From Planctomycetota bacterium (GTDB taxonomy: Bacteria; Planctomycetota; UBA1135; UBA2386), in NCBI GenBank assembly GCA_965223545.1, contig OZ245006.1, positions 4,288,001-4,352,000 on the forward strand: DNA of 64,000 nt, read 5' to 3'. This document shows, piece after piece, positions 11,796 through 20,481 of the stretch (positions within the stretch are counted from its first letter, which is position 1; every line of letters begins with the position of its first letter). Under the pieces are notes generated by a model. That model did not search any database, had not been told where the DNA came from, and worked only from the letters and a program-made list of their open reading frames with translations. A program made the translations under genes and the position numbers.

Positions 11796-14700
11796 TCAGA
11801 AGTCTACTCGGGCGGTTTGCCCGGCTTCGACCTGAACGTACATCGGCTCGCGGTCCACACCGTCGCCGATGCCGGTCAGCGCCACCTTCCATCGACCCGG
11901 CAGCAAGCCCTCGAGCTTGGCGACGCCGTCGCGGAGCATGCCGAACTTCGGCGCGACGCTGGAGGGGTCTTCGCCCTCGTAGCTCGCGTTGACCATCGCG
12001 AACGGCTGTTCGACGCTGGCGTGCACCTCGATGCGGCCGGCGCCGGCGACGGTGATCTCGATCCCCTCGATCACGCCATCGACGGGCACGGTCACCGGCG
12101 CGGACTTGGCCGGGCCCCAGTCCTTGTCGCCCGTCACGCGCACCTCGAGCGGGACACCGGCGGTGACGCCGCGCAGCTCGAACGTGCCGTCGGCATCGGT
12201 GCGCCGCGAGGAGCCGCGCATGAACGAGGCGAACGGGCTGGCCGCGAGGGCGTTGGCGATCCCGGCTTCACCGGTATCGGGTGCCGCGGCCGCGACCGAC
12301 ACGCGCGCCCCCCGGACCGGCTGTCCGTCGCCGCGCCGCACGGTGCCCCGCAGCACCGCCGTGCTCAGGTCCACGTCGAAGCTGTTGGCGCCGGCCACGA
12401 GGGTGACGGGCAGCTCCGTGGCCATGCTGCGGTCTCGGTGGGTCACGCGGATGCGGTGCTCGCCCGCCTCCACGTCCTCGAGCTGATAGCGGCCCTCTGC
12501 ATCGGTTCGGCCGTTCACCCCGCGGTTGTCGAGGGCCGAGAGGCGGGTCGTGAGCTCCGCGGCCATCGCGGCCCCGGGTTCGGCCTTCTGCGGTTGGCCC
12601 CGGACAAAAGTCACCGTCGCGCGCGACAGGGGCACGCCGTTCTCCCGCACGATACCGGTGCAGGTCGCGGTCGGCGCCTTGGTCAGCTGCAGGGTCGCGG
12701 TGCTGCCCTCGGCGACGTGCACGGACTCGTAGCCGGCGGCCACGGGATCGAAGGAGTTGTCCGACCGCGTCGCGCCGGAGATGCGCATGCTCGCCCGGTA
12801 GCTGATACTGAACGGCCGGTCGCCGCCGCTGCCCGCGAGCTTGAAGTGGTGGTCGCCGGGCGGCAAGTGCCGGAAGCGGGCGACCCCCACACCGTCGACC
12901 TTCTCCGAGGCGTGGTTGCCGTCGGCATCGGCGCGCCGGACGGAGATGTCCGTCACCGGCTCGCCGCTCTGGTCCAGCACGAGCACGTCGACGCTGCCGC
13001 CGCGCAGCAGGGCCGCGTCATGGCGGGTGACGCCGCGGGCGCGGATCGTGATCGGGTCGCTGCGATAGGGCGCGAACTCATCGCTGCCGACGCTGACGCG
13101 GACGGCGGCGCCGGCCGGAGCGTTCAAGGTGCACTGTCCCTTCTCGTCGGTCGTCGCGCGGCGAGGAGTGTTTGCCCCTCCCACGGCCGCTGTCATCCCG
13201 TTGAGAGAAATCGAGGTCTGGCCGCGAAAGGAGCTCCGCTGTTGTCCCGGTGCGCCATCTTCTTCCCGCAACGAAACGGTGGCGTCGGCCACCGGCTCGC
13301 CGTCGGCCGCGCTCGTCACCGTGACGTGCAGCACGGGGGACGCGTCGAGCTGCAGGGTGCCGAGGTCGAGGCTGCCGCTTTCCGGGAGCTCGATCTTCTC
13401 GCGCTGCAGGTTCTGGTATCCGAGTGCTTCGACCGTGAGCTCGAGGCGCTGCTTCTTCTTCGGCCGCAGATTGTCGACCGTCACCACGCCACCGGGGTAG
13501 TCACGCGCCTCGCTGCCGCTGGCGCTGGCCGATGCGATCATCGCCGCGATGCCGCTGCCGCCGCCCATCTGGGTGCGCACCCACAGCCGCTCGATCGGCT
13601 GGCCGGTTTGCCGGTCGATCACTCGGAACGTCACCGAGACGCCGGCACTGTACGGCAGCTCGATCCCGACGGTTCCGGCGACGACCTCCACCCGCGGAGT
13701 GCAGGTCGACGCCTTGAGCGACCCGGTCCGGCTCTGCATGCCCCAAATGCGGTAGCGCTCGCCGGCGGCGAGGCCGCGCAGAGTGAAGCCGCCGTTCTCG
13801 CCGACCTCGGCCCAGCGCTCGCCGATCGGCAGGCCGGCGTCGGCCAGGTGCTCGCCGCCAGCGAACATCGAGGCGAACACGTTGCCGTTCTCGCGCTGCA
13901 CGCGCGTCGCCAGCACCAAGAGTGTTTCGACGTCGGTGGGCATGTCGGTGACTCGCCCGCTGACGGACTCTCCTTGCTCGGCGACCAGGACCAGGTTGTC
14001 GAGGCGGCCGCCGGCTTCGATCGACAGCTGGTCGATCACGGCGGTCGGATAGTCGCGGTGCTTGGCCCGCACCGAAAACTCCCCGGGAGCGAGGTGGTTG
14101 AGCGCAAAGCGGCCCTCGGCGTCGGTGACGGCCGACTCGCGCCCGTCGTCGCGGAGTGCGTCGAGGTCCTCCATGCCCGCCATCTGCATGTCTTGCATCG
14201 CGCCGAAGCGACCGCTCGATGCCCGTTCGACCCGCACCCCCTCGATGCCGCTGCCGGCTCGATCGATGACCCGGCCGGTGGCGACGCCGCCGGCACTCAG
14301 GGCCAACACGCCGAGTGAATGGTCACCGCCGTCGGGCGCTGGTGCCGACTGTCGCAAGACCTGGAAGCCCGGCGCGCGCACGACCACGCTGATCCGGTCC
14401 GCCTCCACCGGCGCCGCGGCGTGGAACCGTCCGTCGGCGTCGGTGACGACCTCGACGCGGGCGGCGTGGTCGGCGCGGGCCTGGGCCAGCATTGCGGTTG
14501 GATCGCCCGACATCACCTGCGGGCCGAAGCGCGTCGAGCGGCGCAGCTCGACGACGGCGCCGTCGACCGGGTTGTCGCTGTCGTCGACGACGCGGCCGGT
14601 GTAGCCGGGTGCGACCGCCCCCGCCGGCGCGGCGGCCGCGCCGACGCGCGCACGATCCGGTGCGCCCGTGGCCTCCGCCGGCGGGCGCTCGGCGTCGGGG

Positions 14701-14855
14701 TTCTCGCCGTCCAACCGGCTGCTGGCCGGGAGGCTCGATTCGGTCGAAGTGCCGGGGGGGTCGGGCATTGCGCCGGAGCCGCGCGCCATCCACCAAACGC
14801 TGCCCGCGAGAAGGGGCAGCAGGACGAGGAGAATCAACAGCGGGGTCTTCGACAT
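11796..14855 (-). CDS. Membrane-anchored protein with tandem carboxypeptidase-regulatory-like (Cna-B-like) beta-sandwich repeats
   Basis: GGAGG RBS before MSKTPLLILLVLL. Repeated G-x-V-x-D...TD-x-x-G-x-F motifs. Confidence 0.85.
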   Translation of the reverse strand: MSKTPLLILLVLLPLLAGSVWWMARGSGAMPDPPGTSTESSLPASSRLDGENPDAERPPAEATGAPDRARVGAAAAPAGAVAPGYTGRVVDDSDNPVDGAVVELRRSTRFGPQVMSGDPTAMLAQARADHAARVEVVTDADGRFHAAAPVEADRISVVVRAPGFQVLRQSAPAPDGGDHSLGVLALSAGGVATGRVIDRAGSGIEGVRVERASSGRFGAMQDMQMAGMEDLDALRDDGRESAVTDAEGRFALNHLAPGEFSVRAKHRDYPTAVIDQLSIEAGGRLDNLVLVAEQGESVSGRVTDMPTDVETLLVLATRVQRENGNVFASMFAGGEHLADAGLPIGERWAEVGENGGFTLRGLAAGERYRIWGMQSRTGSLKASTCTPRVEVVAGTVGIELPYSAGVSVTFRVIDRQTGQPIERLWVRTQMGGGSGIAAMIASASASGSEARDYPGGVVTVDNLRPKKKQRLELTVEALGYQNLQREKIELPESGSLDLGTLQLDASPVLHVTVTSAADGEPVADATVSLREEDGAPGQQRSSFRGQTSISLNGMTAAVGGANTPRRATTDEKGQCTLNAPAGAAVRVSVGSDEFAPYRSDPITIRARGVTRHDAALLRGGSVDVLVLDQSGEPVTDISVRRADADGNHASEKVDGVGVARFRHLPPGDHHFKLAGSGGDRPFSISYRASMRISGATRSDNSFDPVAAGYESVHVAEGSTATLQLTKAPTATCTGIVRENGVPLSRATVTFVRGQPQKAEPGAAMAAELTTRLSALDNRGVNGRTDAEGRYQLEDVEAGEHRIRVTHRDRSMATELPVTLVAGANSFDVDLSTAVLRGTVRRGDGQPVRGARVSVAAAAPDTGEAGIANALAASPFASFMRGSSRRTDADGTFELRGVTAGVPLEVRVTGDKDWGPAKSAPVTVPVDGVIEGIEITVAGAGRIEVHASVEQPFAMVNASYEGEDPSSVAPKFGMLRDGVAKLEGLLPGRWKVALTGIGDGVDREPMYVQVEAGQTARVDF

Positions 14856-15017
14856 GGCCGCCTCCAGAATACGGGCATTCACCGGCGAGCGGGATCCGCC
14901 GGCGAGGAACGCCGGCGCCCGCGCTTCGGTTCCCGGTGCCCGCTCGGTGCTCGGATCTGTCACGCCGGTGTTGAGCCGGACTCGTGCAGGCTGCGCGCGC
15001 GGGGCATGATGCGGCGG

Positions 15018-15572
15018 ATGGCCGACCATCCCCCGTTCTCGCGGCTGTCGCGCGAAGTGCTCGTCGACAACCCGTGGCACCGCTACTGCCTGGACCGCTA
15101 CACCCAAGCCGACGGCTCGGAGGGCAGCTACTACTACATCGACATGGCGGGTTCGTGCGGCGTGATTCCGCTGTTCGCCGACGGCAGCACGGTGTTGGTG
15201 CGCGTGCACCGTTACTTGCACGGCCGCGTGCTGTGGGAGTTTCCCATCGGCGGGATGCATCCGGGAGACGATGCCGCCGCAGTGGCGGCCAAGGAGCTGC
15301 GCGAAGAGACCGGACTGGTCGCCGGACAATGGGTGCGATTGGGCTCCTTCGCCCCGTACAAGGGCGTGTCCAACGAGGAGTGTCACTTCTTTGTCGCAAT
15401 GGAACTCGATTGGACCGAGCGGGCGCTGGAGCCGAGCGAGGACATCACCGTGCACCGCATGCCGTTCGCCGAGGCGCGGCGCACCCTGATCGGACAAGAG
15501 CTCGGCTGCGGGCAATCGCTGGCCGGGCTGATGCTGTACGACCGTTGGCAGACGGCGGGCGGCGCGCGGTAG
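15018..15572 (+). CDS. NUDIX hydrolase (ADP-ribose pyrophosphatase-like)
   Basis: Nudix box GGMHPGDDAAAVAAKELREETG preceded by WEFP. Confidence 0.9.
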   Translation: MADHPPFSRLSREVLVDNPWHRYCLDRYTQADGSEGSYYYIDMAGSCGVIPLFADGSTVLVRVHRYLHGRVLWEFPIGGMHPGDDAAAVAAKELREETGLVAGQWVRLGSFAPYKGVSNEECHFFVAMELDWTERALEPSEDITVHRMPFAEARRTLIGQELGCGQSLAGLMLYDRWQTAGGAR

Positions 15573-15585
15573 GATCGAGCGCCGA

Positions 15586-16611
15586 TCAATCGTCAGGGGC
15601 GAGGGTCGCGCCAGCGATGCTCTGCCACAGTGCGGCCTGCTCGGGTTCGGTGAAGGGCCAGGGTGTCGCGCGCAGCTCGACGCGATCGAAGCGCACGGCG
15701 CCGGGCGCCGGTCGCGATCCTGCCGCGGCGCGCAGCGCCGCGTCGGAGGCGCGCGCGTAGGCCAAGCTGAGGTGGGGTGTCGCGACGTCGAGCAATCGAC
15801 CGTCCAGGCCCTCGACCACCACCTCGGTCAGGTCGATCAAGGCGGGCGTCTCGGCCAGTTCGAGATACAGGGTGCGGCGTAGCTCGGCGCTGTGATGGAT
15901 CCCTTCGACTGCCAGCTCCAGTGGCCGATGAGTGATCGCGGGGATCGAAGTGAGAGTGGCGCGGAGACCCTCGAGGTCGCCGGCGCACTCGATGCTGGCG
16001 AGGGTCACGTGCGGCGCGAAGCGCGGGCTGCCCAGTCGCGATGCACAATCGTCGATCCAGGACTGCAGCGGGTCGCGCGCGGGCGGGGAGGGCATCAGCC
16101 ACACCGACACCACCCGCTCGCCGCGTCGCGGGCTGCGGCCGGTCCACAGGCCGAGAACACCCGCGAGGGTGTCGCGCACGCGCGCATCGATCCCCGGCGC
16201 GTTGGATCCGCGGGGTCCGGCGACGTTGAGGGTGCGCACCGCGTGTCGTCGGAGGAAGAACAGCAATCGGCTGGCATCGGCCTCGGCGGGCTCACCGGTG
16301 ATCAGCAGGTGCGGCTTGCCGGCCCGGGCGGCGAGCTCGAGCGTGAGCGCGGTGCCGCCGGTGGGCCGATCGACCGAGAATGCCACCGTGGCGTCCGCCG
16401 CGCGCACGTTGGCCTCGGTGCGCACCGCGTAGTTGCGCGACTCCAGCTCGCGCAGCGTATAGCGGTCGGGGATGCGGCCGTCCTCGGCGCGCCGGCCGGC
16501 GGGGCAGAAGCCGCCGTGCGCGATGCCGTGCGCGAGCGCGAAGTCGAGGGCGGCGCGGTCGGCGCCGGTCTGGCCGCCGGAGACGATGCGGGGGAACGGG
16601 AGAGCCGGCAT
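15586..16611 (-). CDS. Fusion of a SLOG-superfamily 'putative molybdenum carrier' domain and a 2H cyclic phosphodiesterase-like domain
   Basis: N-half IVSGGQTGADRAALD...RTEANV...LNVAGPRGS. C-half VSVWLMP...PHVTL...PHLSL (two HxT/S motifs). Confidence 0.8.
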   Translation of the reverse strand: MPALPFPRIVSGGQTGADRAALDFALAHGIAHGGFCPAGRRAEDGRIPDRYTLRELESRNYAVRTEANVRAADATVAFSVDRPTGGTALTLELAARAGKPHLLITGEPAEADASRLLFFLRRHAVRTLNVAGPRGSNAPGIDARVRDTLAGVLGLWTGRSPRRGERVVSVWLMPSPPARDPLQSWIDDCASRLGSPRFAPHVTLASIECAGDLEGLRATLTSIPAITHRPLELAVEGIHHSAELRRTLYLELAETPALIDLTEVVVEGLDGRLLDVATPHLSLAYARASDAALRAAAGSRPAPGAVRFDRVELRATPWPFTEPEQAALWQSIAGATLAPDD

Positions 16612-16682
16612 GGTTTGCGAACAGCGGGTGCGGTCGAGACCGGCCTCGGTCGGAGTGTCCGATCGAGCTAACCTCGGCGGTC

Positions 16683-17750
16683 GTGATTGCTCTCGACCTG
16701 CTCGGGCTGACGGCGGACGAGTGCCGCGCCCATGCGCGGCGGGCCGTCGGCCGCGGCGCCGGCCTGGCGGAGGCAGTGTATCGGGCGGCGATGCACACCG
16801 GCGAGCTCCGCGCCGAGGCACTCGGCGCGGGCGCGGATCGCGTTGCGCGGTGGCGGGCGGCGTTCCGCTGCCGGCTGCCCGGCGTGGTGCGCGAGCAGCG
16901 CGAGCGGTCCGGGCGCGGGCGCACCACGATCAAGCTGGTGCTGTGTGGAAGCGACGAGCGGCTCGAGTACGAGAGCGTGCTGATTCCCATGGGCGCCCTG
17001 CACACGACCCAGTGTCTGTCGACGCAGATCGGCTGTCGCATGGGCTGCCGGTTCTGCGAGACCGCGCGGATGGGGCGGCTGCGGGATCTCGAAGCCGGCG
17101 AGATCGTCGGGCAGGTGGTGTTGGCGGCGACGGTGCTCGGCGCCCGGCCGCGGGGGCTGGTGTTCCAGGGCATGGGGGAGCCGCTCGACAACACCGACGC
17201 CGTGCTGCAGGCACTCCGGGTCCTGACCGACCGCCGCGGACTAGGCTACGCGCAGGGGCGGCTGACGGTCTGCACGGTGGGGCGGCCCGAAGGCATCGCC
17301 CGGCTGGCCGGCCTCGGCTATCGGCGGCTCAACCTCGCGTTCAGCCTCAATGCCGCCGACGACGCACTGCGCCGCTCGTTGATGCCGAGTCACCGCGGGT
17401 ACACCCTGGCCGAGCTGCAGCGAAGCCTGATCGCCTATCGGCAGCGGCGGAACGCAGAGCTCGCGATCCACTACTGCTTGTTGCCGGGAATCAACGACAC
17501 AGCGCACGACGCCCGCGCCGTGGCTCGTTTCGTCGCTCCGCTGGGGCGGAGCGTCGTGCATCTGATCCCGTACAATCCGGGGCGCCGGCCGCTGTGCCGG
17601 GCGCCACACGCCGGAGAGGTCGCACGTTTCGTCGACTGGCTGCGGGCCGCCGACGTCGCCGTGCGCCGCCGCAACACCAAGGGCGCCACCGTGATGGCGG
17701 CTTGTGGTCAGCTCGGCAATCCGCAGCTGCGCCGCGCTTGTCAGCGGTAG
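16683..17750 (+). CDS. rlmN: RlmN/Cfr-family radical SAM RNA methyltransferase
   Basis: CLSTQIGCRMGCRFC, GMGEP, SLNA, LIPYN, C-terminal AACGQL. May be a paralog rather than the housekeeping copy. Confidence 0.85.
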   Translation: MIALDLLGLTADECRAHARRAVGRGAGLAEAVYRAAMHTGELRAEALGAGADRVARWRAAFRCRLPGVVREQRERSGRGRTTIKLVLCGSDERLEYESVLIPMGALHTTQCLSTQIGCRMGCRFCETARMGRLRDLEAGEIVGQVVLAATVLGARPRGLVFQGMGEPLDNTDAVLQALRVLTDRRGLGYAQGRLTVCTVGRPEGIARLAGLGYRRLNLAFSLNAADDALRRSLMPSHRGYTLAELQRSLIAYRQRRNAELAIHYCLLPGINDTAHDARAVARFVAPLGRSVVHLIPYNPGRRPLCRAPHAGEVARFVDWLRAADVAVRRRNTKGATVMAACGQLGNPQLRRACQR

Positions 17751-18307
17751 CTGAGCTGCCGCTCTCGCGGCTGGTACAGGCCACCGTCCACGGGCTCGTA
17801 CACCCGACAGGCACTCATCTCGCCGCCGTACACGTGCAGCGTCGCCGCTGGTTCGGCGAACGGGTTGCGGATCACGTGGTACTCGAAGGGAGGGATCAGC
17901 GAGCCGGCTTCACCGACGCCGGCGGTGACGTCGCTCTCGTGCGCGAAGCGCACACTGCCGTCGTCGAGGCGCTCGGTCAGCGCATAGGACTCGACCACGA
18001 TCTGGCCGCGGTACACGCACTCGACGCACCACAGGCCGGCGTGGTCGTGGATGGTCGTGCCCTGGCCCGGTCCCCACGACATCACCACGACGGTGTAGCG
18101 ACCGAGCGGGTCGCGGTGCAGCAGACGGCGCGCGTAGCCGTCGGCCGCCGGCTCGACCCAGTGCTCGGGGATCGAGGCGCCGCTCTGCACGAGGTCTTGC
18201 AGTGCGATCTTGACCGCTTCGCACCGCGCCGGGTCGTCGTCGGCAACGACGGCGTCGTCGAGGGCGGCCACCAGGCGGTCGACCGCGGCATCGGAAGGAT
18301 CGTTCAT
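17741..18307 (-). CDS. Cysteine dioxygenase family cupin
   Basis: YARRLL, WGPGQGTTIHDH, EYHV, TLHVYG. Confidence 0.9.
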   Translation of the reverse strand: MNDPSDAAVDRLVAALDDAVVADDDPARCEAVKIALQDLVQSGASIPEHWVEPAADGYARRLLHRDPLGRYTVVVMSWGPGQGTTIHDHAGLWCVECVYRGQIVVESYALTERLDDGSVRFAHESDVTAGVGEAGSLIPPFEYHVIRNPFAEPAATLHVYGGEMSACRVYEPVDGGLYQPRERQLSYR

Positions 18308-18326
18308 CGCCGGATGATAACCCCGA

Positions 18327-20258
18327 TCAGTCGGTGACGGCGTCGTGCACGAAGCGGACGAACCGCGCCACGCTGCCGGCTCCGGCGAGCTTGTCCACGA
18401 TCTCCTCCGTCTGCGGATCGACGATGACGTAGATCGGCAGCGCGACGGTGCCGGTGAACTTCTTCTGTAGCTCGAGGATGCGCTGGTGGTGCGGGCTGCT
18501 CTCGGTGTCGGTGTGCAGCCGGGCCTCGACCACGTGCTGGAGCTCCGCGGAGACCTCCGGGAGCGGGAACACGGATTCCTCCATGCCCCGGCAGTTCACT
18601 CAAGTGACCCCGGTGAAGTTGAGCAGCAGCTTGCGGTTGGTGTCGATGGCGATCTGCCGCGCCTTGTCGTAGTCGTCGACGACGATCGTGTGCGCGGCCG
18701 AGTGCGCGGCCTGGTCGCCGGATTCGCCGCCGGTGCCTGCCGAGGCGATGCGATTGCTGTACGGCGGCACGATCGACGTCATGATGAAGTCCATCCTGTT
18801 GCCGGCGGCGCCGTAGGCGCAGTAGATCGCGAGCAACGCCGTCGCCAAAGCGCCGGTGAGGCGGCCACTGCCGATCGAGCCGACATCTTCCTTGAGCTTG
18901 ATGATGCCGAACAGCAACAGCGCCGCGATGCCGAAGATGCCGGCCCAGAGCGAGAGGAACAGCTCGCGCGACAGCCAGCCCCAGCCCCAGACCATGTCGA
19001 CGTTCGACAGGAACTTCAGCGCTGCCGCCAGCTCGACGAAGCCGAGGAACACCTTGAGCGTGTTCATCCACTCACCGCTGCGCGGCATCGTCTGCAGCTT
19101 GCTGGGCAGGAGCGAGAGCAGCACGAAGGGCAAGGCCATGGTCGCACCGAACACCGCCATGCCGAGCACCAGTCTGCCCAATCCGCCCGTCGCGCCGACG
19201 GCGAGCAGGTTGCCGACGAATGGTGCAGTGCAGGTGAACGAGGTGATCACCAGGGTGGCACCCATCAAGAACACGCCGGTGTAGCCGCCGGCGCCGCTGC
19301 TCTTGGCGGCGGCGTTCATCAAGAACGCCGGGGGCTGCAGGTTGATGACACCGAACAGCACCAGCGCGAAGACGAAGAACAGCGCGGCGATGACCAGGTT
19401 GGTGATCGGGTGCACCGCGAACGGAGCGATGGCCTGGCCGATCGTGACCGCGATCAACACGAACATCGCGACGATGCCCAGGCCGTAGGTCACCGCCAGC
19501 GGCAGTGGGCTGCGGCCGCTGTCCGCCGCCTGCTTGGTGAAGAAGGAGATCGTGATCGGGATCATCGGGTAGGTGCAGGGCATCGCGAGCGCGAACAGCC
19601 CTCCGCCGATGGCGAGCAGGATGAATGCCCACAGCGAGTCGTCGGTCCCCTCTTCGCCGGCTCTCTCGGATGTGGCTTCCTCGGATGCAGCTTCTGCGGC
19701 GTTTGCCTCGTTCTCGTCACCCTCGCTCGGCGCGTGTTCCGGGCGGACGGCACCCTCCTCGATGGCCAGCTCGACCGAGAACCTCTCGGTGGCTTCCGGA
19801 TCGCAGAACGACTCCGTGCACGCCATGTAGACCAGCTGGCCCTCGAGCTCGACGGCGCCCGGCGCGTGGCCCTCGGCGATCCGCATCTTCTGGCGCACGA
19901 CGAACTCGTCCTCGATCCAGAACGACTCGATGCCGAAGGACTCGTGCGGCTCGCCGAAAGGCACTTCTGCGGTGCCCTGGCGCGCGATGCCTTCGCGCTC
20001 GTCGACGGACAGCGTCGTCGGTGTGCCGGTGCTGTCTCCGGCCCCGTACAAATGCCAGCCGGGCACGATCTCGACCGCCAGCTCGACCGTGACGACCTCA
20101 CCCGGCCGCGCTGGATTGGGCGAGACGCTGGCCTCGGTGGTGATCTTGGGGCCCTCGGTCGGCAGGGCGAGCGGGTCGAACTCGCCCGGCACCTGGGCCG
20201 TGGTGCTGGCGGCGAGGCAGGCGACGGCGAGGGCAATCGCAGCGGATCGTGGCATCAT
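18327..20258 (-). CDS. dsbD: DsbD-family thiol:disulfide interchange protein, probable selenoprotein (UxxC)
   Basis: Signal peptide, DsbD-alpha domain (GWHLY...YMACTESFCDP), TM domain (PCTYPMIP...SFTCTAP). The thioredoxin domain continues in frame across TGA 18602-18600: NFTGVT-U-VNCRGMEE. Confidence 0.88.
18566..18589 (-). promoter_or_regulatory. Putative bacterial SECIS hairpin
   Basis: mRNA GGGGCAUGGA-GGAA-UCCGUGUUCC forms a 10-bp stem (3 G-U pairs) with a G-starting tetraloop 20 nt after the UGA. Confidence 0.7.
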
Positions 20259-20481
20259 GTCTGGCGGGTCAGGAGCCGTTCGGCGGGCGGCGGGCGAGCT
20301 CGCGGATGCTACCGCCGGCCCGCCGCGCGTGGGATTGGCACTTACGACAAACGAGTCCCGGGTGGCCTTCCTGGGCGGCGAAAAAAAGCCGCGGCCGGCT
20401 CCGGGCGGGTCCGCGCGGCTGCGCTCGCGGCGGCGGGGGATGGCGCTCGCGTGGCCCGCGCGCGGCCCGTATAGCGGGGCC

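Noticed and set aside
16683..17750. Cfr antibiotic-resistance methyltransferase
   Set aside because: The visible motifs are shared by the whole RlmN/Cfr family. Nothing specifically supports Cfr and there is no mobile context; a phylogeny would be needed.
18327..18602. DsbD as a nonsense pseudogene, or a separate 90-aa ORF
   Set aside because: The stop falls exactly on the first redox Cys position, the frame is intact afterwards, and a SECIS-like hairpin follows.
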